Source: Candidatus Cloacimonadales bacterium
GTDB lineage: Bacteria > Cloacimonadota > Cloacimonadia > Cloacimonadales > DAONDQ01
Assembly (NCBI GenBank): GCA_963662275.1
Contig: OY759316.1
Span: 1,696,001 to 1,760,000, forward strand
Length of the DNA stretch: 64,000 nt
Direction: 5' to 3'
Notes under the pieces: model-generated
Databases searched by the model: none
What the model saw: the letters and a program-made list of their open reading frames with translations, nothing else
What the model was told of the DNA's origin: nothing
Program-made: the position numbers and the translations under genes
In this document: in pieces, positions 10,846 to 19,780 of the stretch
How the letters are laid out: each line of letters starts with the position of its first letter
Position numbering within the stretch: the stretch's first letter is position 1

Positions 10846-11345
10846 TAACGCGTTATTCCATAACGTGTGCTGCTGAATTCATTCAGTTCCGTGCAGATAC
10901 TTTATAAATAAAGCGATACACAGTATGAATACTGCGTTACGATGTCTGACAATCTTGAAGTCGCAATTTGCGATATCAAGATGCAGTGGAAGAAGACAAT
11001 CGAACTATTGAGAAATCCTCAATAGTTGAGGTTACAATCCAAGTATAATCGGCATTTGAACGGCAGTTATTAACTAATCCTTAATAACTGAAAGAGGACA
11101 GATTCCCATCGGGAAGATAGATTCTAACACCGGATTTCAATCCGATGAAATGTAATGAGAGTGACTCCCTATTTCCCCCTTCTTTTGTAAAAGAGGGGGG
11201 AAATAGGGGGAGTTAGTTCTGCTCTGCTAATCTTTACCTGTCGTCCCCACTGGACTGATATGTTAGGGTGTACTCTGTCGCCGGATTGCTTCTTGAACTT
11301 GAAGTCTCAATATGCGACCTCAAGATTCTGAAAATCAAGAAACCC
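10846..11345. repeat. Composite palindrome block, copy 1
   Basis: REPIN, ORF6N-type palindrome, two RhuM-type palindromes, a REP-like element with a nested CCCCCT/AGGGGG palindrome, then another ORF6N-type palindrome; colinear with 13030-13547 + 15409-15450. Confidence 0.85.
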
Positions 11346-11390
11346 TTGACAATGCTATTGTCTCATTTATGTTGTTATTAAGAGGTAACA

Positions 11391-11609
11391 ATGCCAACAA
11401 TCAAACCCATAAAAGTTACTCCCTTAGATGACTATGTACTTGAACTGACGATGTCTGATATGACGATTAAAACATTCAACGTAAAACCATATCTAAGCTT
11501 GGGTAAGTTTCAGGAGCTAAAGGACATCAGTCTTTTTCGACAGGCAAGAATCTCTTTCGATGCCATCGAATGGCCTAATGGTGTAGATATTGACACTGAT
11601 CTACTCTGA
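11391..11609 (+). CDS. Orphan DUF2442 protein carrying the first four residues of the DUF4160 protein
   Basis: MPTI + KPIKVTPLDDYVLELT...; close paralog of 4697-4912 with the DUF4160 gene's RBS/start context. Confidence 0.8.
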   Translation: MPTIKPIKVTPLDDYVLELTMSDMTIKTFNVKPYLSLGKFQELKDISLFRQARISFDAIEWPNGVDIDTDLL

Positions 11610-11666
11610 TAGTCTGTTTCTGCCAATCTTCCATCTTAAATCTTCAATCTTAAATTCTGCCAATTC

Positions 11667-12920
11667 TTAATCAGCCACTGTCCCGCAGCATTTCTTATAC
11701 TTCTTGCCGCTACCGCAGGGACATAGATCGTTTCGACCTATCTTATCAGCTTTAGAGATAACAGGCAGTACTTGCTCTTCATCATCATCAAATTCATCAT
11801 AGTCATCAGGTTCTTCAACATCAGCGAAATCAAAAAACCGCTGGTCAGAGTCTATCTTTAGAATCCTGTATGGTTTCTCAGAAGATTTCTTTTTTATAGG
11901 TTCAATTCCATGCATTTTGTAATCAATTTCAAGAGGTGTGTGCCCTCGATTGAACCAAGTCCTAAAATGATTAGAAAAATCAAACCATAATTCTGTATAA
12001 TAATTTTTTAGTTCTAATTCAACCTTATTGATCTCCAAATTGATGATTTGTAGCGGATTCCTACCAAAGTGAAGTTCTGCAACCACGCGAGAGATAGTTT
12101 CAAGCGCAAAATCTTCCTCCAATTGAAGATCATATATCATGAATCGAGCTAACTCCATGAATTGAGGCGAGAAATTAATGCAGGAGATACCATAGCTCAT
12201 TAACTCAGATTTTGGGGGAACATATAATGGTTTGTCTTTGATTCCCTGGTGTAAGGAACGATAAGCTTCTAAAGTAACTCTGAGCACAATCTGATCATCC
12301 TTCAGAACCAGATCATTGTAGTAATGTTTATAGTTTTTCAGCAATTTCCGCAATTCCTGGTCAGGTAGAGAATCGATATTCTGTGATCTATAAATCTTGA
12401 TCAGGTTCTCGATCTCAAGTATGCCATAAAAGTTCAGGCAAGGTTCAATGTAGGAAATGAATGGCTGGATTACTTTTCTTTTAGTTTCAAGTTTCGTTAG
12501 GTTGAAAGAAGTCAGAATTGGAAGTAAATCTTCAAAAATAAAAAATTCATCCAGTTCCTCTTTATCTCTACATATTTCAAGGAAATTGCATTTATTATTA
12601 ATGATGAAGTTATTATAGAGATAGATTTCTCCATCTTCTGCTTCTTTTCGGGTTAGTGGCTTTTTGTTCAATAGCTTGAGTATTATGTGATAAGATATTT
12701 CAGGTGTATAGATGAGTATTGTCTCCAGGTTCTTGGGCTTTGTAAAATATTCGAACATGATGTTGATCTGCATTCTAACAGGTAAACCTTCCCAGATAAG
12801 TTCTTTGATAGAAGTCTTTGATTGAAAATATGCATACCTTTCATAGGATTCAAGCTCTCTCAAGTAGCTCTTTAGCCCGAAGTAATTCTTTGGTAAAGGT
12901 TTAGTATCTGATGGTACCAT
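11667..12920 (-). CDS. SEC-C metal-binding motif protein
   Basis: [12 protein letters not shown], acidic linker, [21 protein letters not shown]. Confidence 0.85.
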   Translation of the reverse strand: MVPSDTKPLPKNYFGLKSYLRELESYERYAYFQSKTSIKELIWEGLPVRMQINIMFEYFTKPKNLETILIYTPEISYHIILKLLNKKPLTRKEAEDGEIYLYNNFIINNKCNFLEICRDKEELDEFFIFEDLLPILTSFNLTKLETKRKVIQPFISYIEPCLNFYGILEIENLIKIYRSQNIDSLPDQELRKLLKNYKHYYNDLVLKDDQIVLRVTLEAYRSLHQGIKDKPLYVPPKSELMSYGISCINFSPQFMELARFMIYDLQLEEDFALETISRVVAELHFGRNPLQIINLEINKVELELKNYYTELWFDFSNHFRTWFNRGHTPLEIDYKMHGIEPIKKKSSEKPYRILKIDSDQRFFDFADVEEPDDYDEFDDDEEQVLPVISKADKIGRNDLCPCGSGKKYKKCCGTVAD

Positions 12921-13029
12921 AACAAACTCCTTATTCCGTATAAATCTGGAAATGGAATAAATCAGTCAATTAAATTTGCTTCTTATTGGATTGAGCCAAG
13001 AAAAGGAACTCTAAATGTAACGCGGTTTG

Positions 13030-13547
13030 TAACGCGGTATTTATACCGTGTTCCGCTGAATTCATTCAGTTCTCTACAGAGCAGATACTTTATAAATAAA
13101 GCGATACACGGTATGGAATACCGCGTTACGATGCGTTCCAATCTTGAAGTCACAATTTGCGACCTCAAGTTGGGGTGGAAGAAGAACAACTGAACTTTTG
13201 AGAAATCCTCAATAGTTGAGGTTACAATCCAACTATAATCAGCATCTTAATGTCAGTTATTAACGAATCCTCAATAACTGAAAGAGGACAGATTCCCATC
13301 GGGAAGATAGATTCTAACACTGGATTTCAATCCGGTGAAATGTACTGAGAGTGACTCCCAATTTCCCCCTTCTTTTGTAAAAGAGGGGGATAAAGGGGGA
13401 GTTAGTTCTGCTCTGCTAATCTTCATCTGTCATCCGCACGGGACTGATATGTTAGGTTGTGCTTTGGTCGCCGGATTGAAATCCGAGCGTTAATATGTTG
13501 CATCCGTACCGGATTGTTTCTTGAACTTGAAGTCGTATATTGCGAAC
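13030..13547. repeat. Composite palindrome block, copy 2 (last palindrome split by an IS; resumes at 15409)
   Basis: Colinear with 10846-11345. Confidence 0.85.
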
Positions 13548-15408
13548 GAGACTGTTCATGAAGTTATTCATAATATTCAATAAGTTAGAAAGTAGCAAGT
13601 TGAAAAAAGTGGTCGAAACGGTCATAATTTAACATACCTTCCAGAATTGACAGATAAGCTCTGCTAAGGACACCAAATCACAAGTTAAGCTTTTTGACTA
13701 AAATTGAAAAACACGCGATTATAAGTAATGTTTCGAAGCCGTTTCTGACTAAATGTGTAGTTAAAATCATATAAAATAGTTCTTTACAAGTTTTTTGCTA
13801 TAGCTTCAATGGCATTTGTTACCTGGTAACAAAAGGGAGGATATTATGACAAAAAAACACTCCAATTCAAGAAGCGGTAAGTGTTAGTCATGAAAGTAAC
13901 CAATACCATGTAAGTATTAACGTACCATTTTCATTCACTTTGCCTGAGACAACATCAAACCACAAGTTCTTAATAGCGTTTCTACGCTTATTAGTAGGAA
14001 TAGGCGGAGACAACCTCCTTACACTTCAGCAAATAGCTGATCTGTTTAACTACGCAGACCGCAGGAATGTACATAATTTCTGGCAAGAGTTTGAGCAGCA
14101 TGGTCATGATATCCTGGCATATTTAAGCCGGAAAGTTGACCTGCTGGAGTGTATTCCTCAGATCGAGAATTTTGTTATCAATAACCTGCTTTTACCTTTA
14201 AATGTCATGTATCAGGAGTTCATCAGCCATCATGATTTTAAAATGTCCTATACCACTTTCTGCAAATATGCTTCTCAGGTCAATTCTCTGTCTGTAGTTA
14301 AGCAAGCTCAGAAGCTTCTTCTGAAAAAGACAGTAGGCGGTGATGCTGTACATCTGCTGAAACTGCTTGCCGGTCAGCAGAATACACCTGTTATCTGTGA
14401 CAGACTCCTGGAACAAATGAAGACTGCTAAAGGCAATACATCCCATAGAACCGCCGATGCAAAGCCGTTCCATAGTCTGGAACGCAAGAACCTGTGTCTG
14501 CTGGTACATTACCTGGTTGGAAGCGGTATGAACTTCGAGACGATAGCTTTGCTGCTCAACACCTGTAAAGCTACAGTCTCAAATCTCTGGCATGAAATCG
14601 CTGACCTGCAGAGCCTGATTCTGAACTCAATCGGTAAGTGGAGCGGAAAGATCAGCATTGATGAGAAATATGTGAAGATCAAAGGTATTCCGTACTATGT
14701 CATCAGTATTGTTGATTTTGTGACTCACATCCCTCTGTTTTGTGAGTTGTATCCTGACACAAAGAAAGAATCATTCGAAGCATGTTTCAGAACCTTCAGA
14801 CAGCTCTACAGGAAAGATCCAACCCTGATTGTCAGTGATGGCAGTAAATCGTTAGCAGTTGCAAGAAAAACAGTGTTTCCAAAAGTCCATTACCAACTCT
14901 GTAAGTTCCATAAGATACGAAATCTCTTCAAAAGAATCAGTCAATGTCATCTCCCTGAAGACAGGGACAAGTTCTTTAAGAAGAGGATTATGAAAGCTTT
15001 CCGAAGAGAAACGGCGGGCGGAAGGAAAAAGGGTATCGCAAGCCTGACAGCTATTACTCCCCCAACCGCCGCCGAATACATCAAAAGCAATATCATTAGT
15101 GATTGGAGACACCTCAGCAAAGGTTTGACTTCCAATGTCTCTGAACGCTGGAACCGCAAAATCAAGAAGGTGACATCCGGTAGATTTGGACTAAAATCTG
15201 AAGAAACCACCCGCAACCTTGTGTTTTCGCTTTGGTTCAAAGAACTGGTCGATAAAGGTCAACCAATCATGCGTCAGGAATCACTTTTAGCAAGTTTAAA
15301 TATCTCCCGCATATGTCAAGAAAATGTGGATTGGTCGCACTTAGACCACTTTTTCTCTGTCACTACCAATAAGGCTGCGTAAAATGGAGGTTAATTTTGA
15401 ACAGTCTC
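13548..15408 (+). mobile_element. DDE insertion sequence, copy 1 (1,861 bp)
   Basis: 11-bp terminal inverted repeats GAGACTGTTCA; 8-bp target duplication TTGCGAAC (13540-13547 and 15409-15416); same length and identical protein as 59289-61149. Confidence 0.95.
13940..15382 (+). CDS. DDE transposase (IS6-like first Asp context, CxxH motif as in IS256/ISH6-type enzymes)
   Basis: SIDEKYVKIKG, IVSDGS, QLCKFHK, TSNVSERWN. The true start may be ATG 13846 via a frameshift (see findings). Confidence 0.88.
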   Translation: MPETTSNHKFLIAFLRLLVGIGGDNLLTLQQIADLFNYADRRNVHNFWQEFEQHGHDILAYLSRKVDLLECIPQIENFVINNLLLPLNVMYQEFISHHDFKMSYTTFCKYASQVNSLSVVKQAQKLLLKKTVGGDAVHLLKLLAGQQNTPVICDRLLEQMKTAKGNTSHRTADAKPFHSLERKNLCLLVHYLVGSGMNFETIALLLNTCKATVSNLWHEIADLQSLILNSIGKWSGKISIDEKYVKIKGIPYYVISIVDFVTHIPLFCELYPDTKKESFEACFRTFRQLYRKDPTLIVSDGSKSLAVARKTVFPKVHYQLCKFHKIRNLFKRISQCHLPEDRDKFFKKRIMKAFRRETAGGRKKGIASLTAITPPTAAEYIKSNIISDWRHLSKGLTSNVSERWNRKIKKVTSGRFGLKSEETTRNLVFSLWFKELVDKGQPIMRQESLLASLNISRICQENVDWSHLDHFFSVTTNKAA

Positions 15409-15500
15409 TTGCGAACTCAAGATGCTGAAAATCAAGAAAAACTTGACAATGCTTGCTTACTTGTTTACTTGTTAATATGTTAGATAAAGCAGGAGTATCC

Positions 15501-15737
15501 ATGAAAACCAAAAAGAAACCAGACATTGAAGATAGCATATCTGATTTAGCTCGAGAAGCAACTAGTGAAGCTTATAAGAAGGCTATTGATGCAGGCTATA
15601 ACGTTGCGATCCGCAAAGGCAATCAAATTGTGGAAGTAAATAAGGATGGTATCGTAAGAGTGATTAAAGAAGTTGCTCCTTTGGTTGCAGTGAAAAAAGG
15701 TACAAAATTTACTACGAATGGTAAGTCAAACTCCTAG
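15501..15737 (+). CDS. Small hypothetical protein, putative antitoxin partner of the downstream P-loop protein
   Basis: ATG 15501 with RBS AGGAG; overlaps the next gene. Confidence 0.6.
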   Translation: MKTKKKPDIEDSISDLAREATSEAYKKAIDAGYNVAIRKGNQIVEVNKDGIVRVIKEVAPLVAVKKGTKFTTNGKSNS

Positions 15738-16464
15738 GGTTAGATTGTTTGCTGGTCCGAATGGATCAGGGAAAAGTACTATCAAGGCTAAGCTAAGCAC
15801 TAAGTTAATCGGAATATTCATTAATCCTGATGAAATTGAAGAACAAATCAAAAATGAACATACAATTAATTTCGATACCTACCAAATTGGCATAACTAAA
15901 CAGGAAATATCTGACTTTCTATCAAAATCTTCTGTATTACAAAAAGATGGAAAGAATCTGCAATTGGATGATCTTGTTATTGAAGATAATAAGATTTCAT
16001 TTATGAAAACTGCCATTAACTCCTATTATGCTTCAGCTATTGCAGAGATGCTTAGAAATTATCTCTTAAAATCTGGTATATCATTTTCGTTTGAATCGGT
16101 TATGTCACATGAAGATAAGGTGCAATTTCTGAAGAAAGCTCAAGAGTCAGGATATCGGACATATCTGTATTATGTTGCTACAGATGATCCTGCTATTAAC
16201 ATCATAAGAGTAAAGAATAGAGTTAACGCTGGAGGGCATCAGGTTCCGGAGCGGAAGATTATCGACAGATATTACAGATCAATCAATCTACTTAGAGAGG
16301 CTATAAAATATACAAATAGAGCCTATATCTTTGATAATTCTGGTGAACAAAGTATTTTGATGGTAGAAATCACAAATGGAACAGATTGGGAAGATAAGTC
16401 CGATATTATTCATTCCTGGTTTGTGGAGACGTACAATTATTTCCACTCTGATGCAAAGAAATAG
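15718..16464 (+). CDS. Zeta-toxin-like / predicted ABC-type P-loop ATPase
   Basis: FAGPNGSGKST Walker A, INPDEI, SFESVMS, RVKNRVNAGGHQVP, FDNS. Confidence 0.85.
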   Translation: MVSQTPRVRLFAGPNGSGKSTIKAKLSTKLIGIFINPDEIEEQIKNEHTINFDTYQIGITKQEISDFLSKSSVLQKDGKNLQLDDLVIEDNKISFMKTAINSYYASAIAEMLRNYLLKSGISFSFESVMSHEDKVQFLKKAQESGYRTYLYYVATDDPAINIIRVKNRVNAGGHQVPERKIIDRYYRSINLLREAIKYTNRAYIFDNSGEQSILMVEITNGTDWEDKSDIIHSWFVETYNYFHSDAKK

Positions 16465-16678
16465 ATACTGTCTGAGAATTCTCTTCTCTGCTCTGCTCAA
16501 TATTCCATTTTCCATCTTCCATTATGCACGTTCTTAACTCTTCAATCTTAAATCTTTCTCGTTTTCCTTGACAAAACAATTACTATTATTCTTTTATTCT
16601 ACAATATTTACATAGTATTGAATCACATAGGAGAAACTTGAAATCGCAAATTGCGATATCAAGATTGAGGGGGGAAGT

Positions 16679-17194
16679 ATGAATGAGCTAATACTAGCAG
16701 AAACTCAAATCGAAAAGCAAATCATCGAAATCAGAGGCATGAAAGTCATCCTCGATTCTGATTTAGCGATATTGTATGGTGTTGAAACACGAGTTTTGAA
16801 CCAACAAGTTAAACGTAACTTCGAACGCTTTCCAGAAGACTTCATGTTTCAACTAACTTCAGAAGAATTTGCAATCTTGAAATCACAATTTGTGATATCA
16901 AGATGGGGTGGTCGTAGAACTCCTCCTTATGTTTTCACAGAACATGGTGCTCTAATGGCAGCATCAGTACTGAATACTCCCCGTGCTGTTGAAATGAGTG
17001 TTTACATTGTCCGTACATTTGTTAAGCTACGCAGTTTGTATTATCAGCATAAAGAACTGGCAGGTAAAATTGAAGAACTGGAAGCAAAGCTGACTACCCA
17101 TGATCACGCTCTCAACCAAATACTCAAAACTCTGAAACTACTCTTAGAAAAACCTGTTGAAGAAAAACGGAAACCAGTTGGATTTAAGAAATGA
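16679..17194 (+). CDS. ORF6N (KilA-N-like) DNA-binding domain protein
   Basis: IRGMKVILDSDLAILYGVETRVLNQQVKRNFERFPEDFMFQLT...PYVFTEHGALMAASVLN, C-terminal KPVGF. Confidence 0.92.
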   Translation: MNELILAETQIEKQIIEIRGMKVILDSDLAILYGVETRVLNQQVKRNFERFPEDFMFQLTSEEFAILKSQFVISRWGGRRTPPYVFTEHGALMAASVLNTPRAVEMSVYIVRTFVKLRSLYYQHKELAGKIEELEAKLTTHDHALNQILKTLKLLLEKPVEEKRKPVGFKK

Positions 17195-17251
17195 TCTGAT
17201 GATTACTTCTAAATCTTCAATCTACCATCTTCAATCTTACATTTTGTACCG

Positions 17252-18265
17252 TTACTTCTTCTTTTCCAGTTTCTTCACGTTTTCCACAACTTCCACAAAA
17301 TGCTTTTCAACAGGTGAAGGCTGTTCGATTTGTTCCTGATGCCATTTCTCATATTCTGTACGAGCTTTATCTATTGCATCTTCATGTGCTATCTTACCGG
17401 CATGGGTAAGAATATCACGTCCTGTAAGTTTCAGGAATTCGTCGAGTTTAGTGATCCAGTCTTTCATGTGCATGGGAATTCGATTCAAAGCTTGTAGTTC
17501 TGCAAAGTCAAGGTACATGGTCACAATTCGTTTCAAGATATCCAATTCATCCGCATTTAAATAGTTTTTCGCTACTTCTGCATCTGCTTTATTCGGAGAA
17601 TCACCAAGCCAATTTGTCATTCCCATGTTTGGTTTATCAGCGCTTGCTCTTTCATAAATGATCTCTGCTGCTGTATGACCATGACTTGCCCAATGCATCT
17701 TATTCTGCATGACTTTAAAGAATGAATGCGATACTTCTGTTTGCGGATCATAGTCTATACTGGTGGCATAAATATCCAGTATCTTTCGCCAGAAGACTTT
17801 CTCGGAAGAACGGATATCTCTGATGCGTGCAAGTAATTCATCAAAGTAATTACCGCCACCGGATTCTTTCAAACGCTTATCATCCAGGACGAAGCCCTTG
17901 ATTATATATTCCCGTAACTGCTTTGTTGCCCATTGACGGAAATGAGTTGCCACAGAAGATTTGATACGATAACCGATGCTGAGTATCATATCAAGATTAT
18001 AGTGTTTTGTAGTGTATGACTTGCTGTCGAGGGCAGTTATTAAGTAATCCTTAATAACTGAATTTGGTTTTAGCTCATGTTCATCGAAGATGTTTTTAAT
18101 ATGAATATTGATGTTTTGAACTGTAGTTTGAAACAAATCAGCAAGCTGCTTCTGATTCAGCCATATAGTTTCGTTTTCCAATCGAGTCTCAATATGAATC
18201 TGACCATCTTTGCTTTGATATAAAAGGAATTCGGTATTTGACTGTACTTTCTTTGACTCTTTCAT
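17252..18265 (-). CDS. Virulence RhuM family protein
   Basis: ETIWLNQKQLADLF, HYNLDMILSIGYRIKS, FRQWAT, IKGFVLDDKRLK, YFDELLARIRDIRSSEK, GHTAAEII. Confidence 0.92.
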   Translation of the reverse strand: MKESKKVQSNTEFLLYQSKDGQIHIETRLENETIWLNQKQLADLFQTTVQNINIHIKNIFDEHELKPNSVIKDYLITALDSKSYTTKHYNLDMILSIGYRIKSSVATHFRQWATKQLREYIIKGFVLDDKRLKESGGGNYFDELLARIRDIRSSEKVFWRKILDIYATSIDYDPQTEVSHSFFKVMQNKMHWASHGHTAAEIIYERASADKPNMGMTNWLGDSPNKADAEVAKNYLNADELDILKRIVTMYLDFAELQALNRIPMHMKDWITKLDEFLKLTGRDILTHAGKIAHEDAIDKARTEYEKWHQEQIEQPSPVEKHFVEVVENVKKLEKKK

Positions 18266-18637
18266 TTTCTTCCCTCCAACTAGATGAATATAGAATAACG
18301 ATCAAGGGTCCTCTATACATGCATAACATAATAAGCATTTCCCATCATAGACATGATTGGATATGCTGTTGAACAAGCTCAAGTAGCAGGGTGATTTTGA
18401 ATATGTATTTGGAAATTGCTTTTTGAAGATTTCTTGGGTTGAATTGGATTTTTACAATTTTAGCAGAGTCTTTTACCAATGGAAGAGATGATTTTCTTTT
18501 CAGAAGTTATCAAATCACTTTGAGATCAGACTTTTTGTGTATGGGCTGATATTGTTTTCAAGTATTTTAGCAAATTGCCTGTAATATTTCGGTTGTTTCT
18601 ATAATTTAGGCAAGACAATCCCGTCGGTAAAATTAAC

Positions 18638-19780
18638 TTACAGTTTACCGCCATCAAAGCAATTTGCCAAAAACAACAGCGACCAAGGCGGTGATCTTGG
18701 TTTTCCGGTAATTGAAGCATGCTGTGTCATCTTTGATTTGCAATTAGGGCAGAGGTCTTTTTCAAATTTGGGAATTACAAAAGTTTTAGCTGTCTGATTC
18801 TTGTCATTAGAATCGGACTTTGCTGGGAAAAAGCTGTTGACCATCTCCCAGACAGATTTTGCCGCCGGACTGAGAAATCCGTAGTATCTGATTTTCTGAA
18901 ATCCCTGCGGCAGAACATGCATCAGGAACTTATTGATAAACTCCACGGAGTCGACGCTTTTAAAGGCGAATTTAGCTGAACCTGCCGGCTTGTATTTAAA
19001 GGTTACCAGCCCGTCCTTTTCCCAAAGGATGCGATTGTTGGTGATGGCGGTCCGATACACATAATTGGCCAAATAAGTCAGAGCCTCCCGACCTTTTCCG
19101 ACGGGTCGGGAGTCTGTGACAAACTCTTTTTGCTGCCAGACTAGCGGGGATATCCGACCAAACAGATGCTGATTTTCCAGTCGAAGCAAATCACGGAATT
19201 TTGCCCGGTAAATCACCGAAAGAGCTTTGACCGGAATCAGGAACTTATTGCCTGCTTTTTGCCATTCCTTTCGTTCTTTATTCCAAGCTCCGCCGGGGAC
19301 TATATAATGAATATGAGGATGATATTCAAGCTGCCTTGTCCAGGTATGAAGTACCCCGGTAAAGCCTGAAACGCCACCGGCATATTTGGGATCTGAAAGC
19401 AATGTCTTTAAGGCTTCAGATGATGCTTTGAACTGAAGATCATAAAGCAGTTTCTGATTTGACAGGCATGTTTTGTGCAGTTCCCGGGGTATGGTGAAAG
19501 TTACCATGAAGTACTTAACCGGCAGCAGTTTGGCAAGCTGCTTTTCCAGCCATTTCGCTGAATCATTACGGCCACACTTCGGGCAGTGACGGTTTTTGCA
19601 GGAATGATAGGAATAATGCAGTTCCGCACATTCCTGGCATAAATAGACTTCTCCGCCCAGTTCAGGTGTCCGGCAAAGGAGAATATCTCTGATCGCTCTT
19701 AAATGGCTTTCCGGTGACTGGTTTCCATATTTTTCCAGATACTCGGACAGGTTGTTTTTGAGAATCCTGCTAAAATCCAT
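18638..19780 (-). CDS. IS91-family (Y2 HUH) transposase with Zn-binding N-terminus
   Basis: HSCKNRHCPKC, VTFTIP, LHTW...YHPHIHYIVPGG (HUH), YLANY (YxxxY), HVLPQGFQKIRYYG, SPP near the C-terminus. Confidence 0.92.
   Translation of the reverse strand: MDFSRILKNNLSEYLEKYGNQSPESHLRAIRDILLCRTPELGGEVYLCQECAELHYSYHSCKNRHCPKCGRNDSAKWLEKQLAKLLPVKYFMVTFTIPRELHKTCLSNQKLLYDLQFKASSEALKTLLSDPKYAGGVSGFTGVLHTWTRQLEYHPHIHYIVPGGAWNKERKEWQKAGNKFLIPVKALSVIYRAKFRDLLRLENQHLFGRISPLVWQQKEFVTDSRPVGKGREALTYLANYVYRTAITNNRILWEKDGLVTFKYKPAGSAKFAFKSVDSVEFINKFLMHVLPQGFQKIRYYGFLSPAAKSVWEMVNSFFPAKSDSNDKNQTAKTFVIPKFEKDLCPNCKSKMTQHASITGKPRSPPWSLLFLANCFDGGKL

Noticed and set aside
12983..13189. 68-aa ORF containing LRSQIVTSR
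   Set aside because: Shadow ORF produced by reading the ORF6N-type palindrome and REPIN on the opposite strand.
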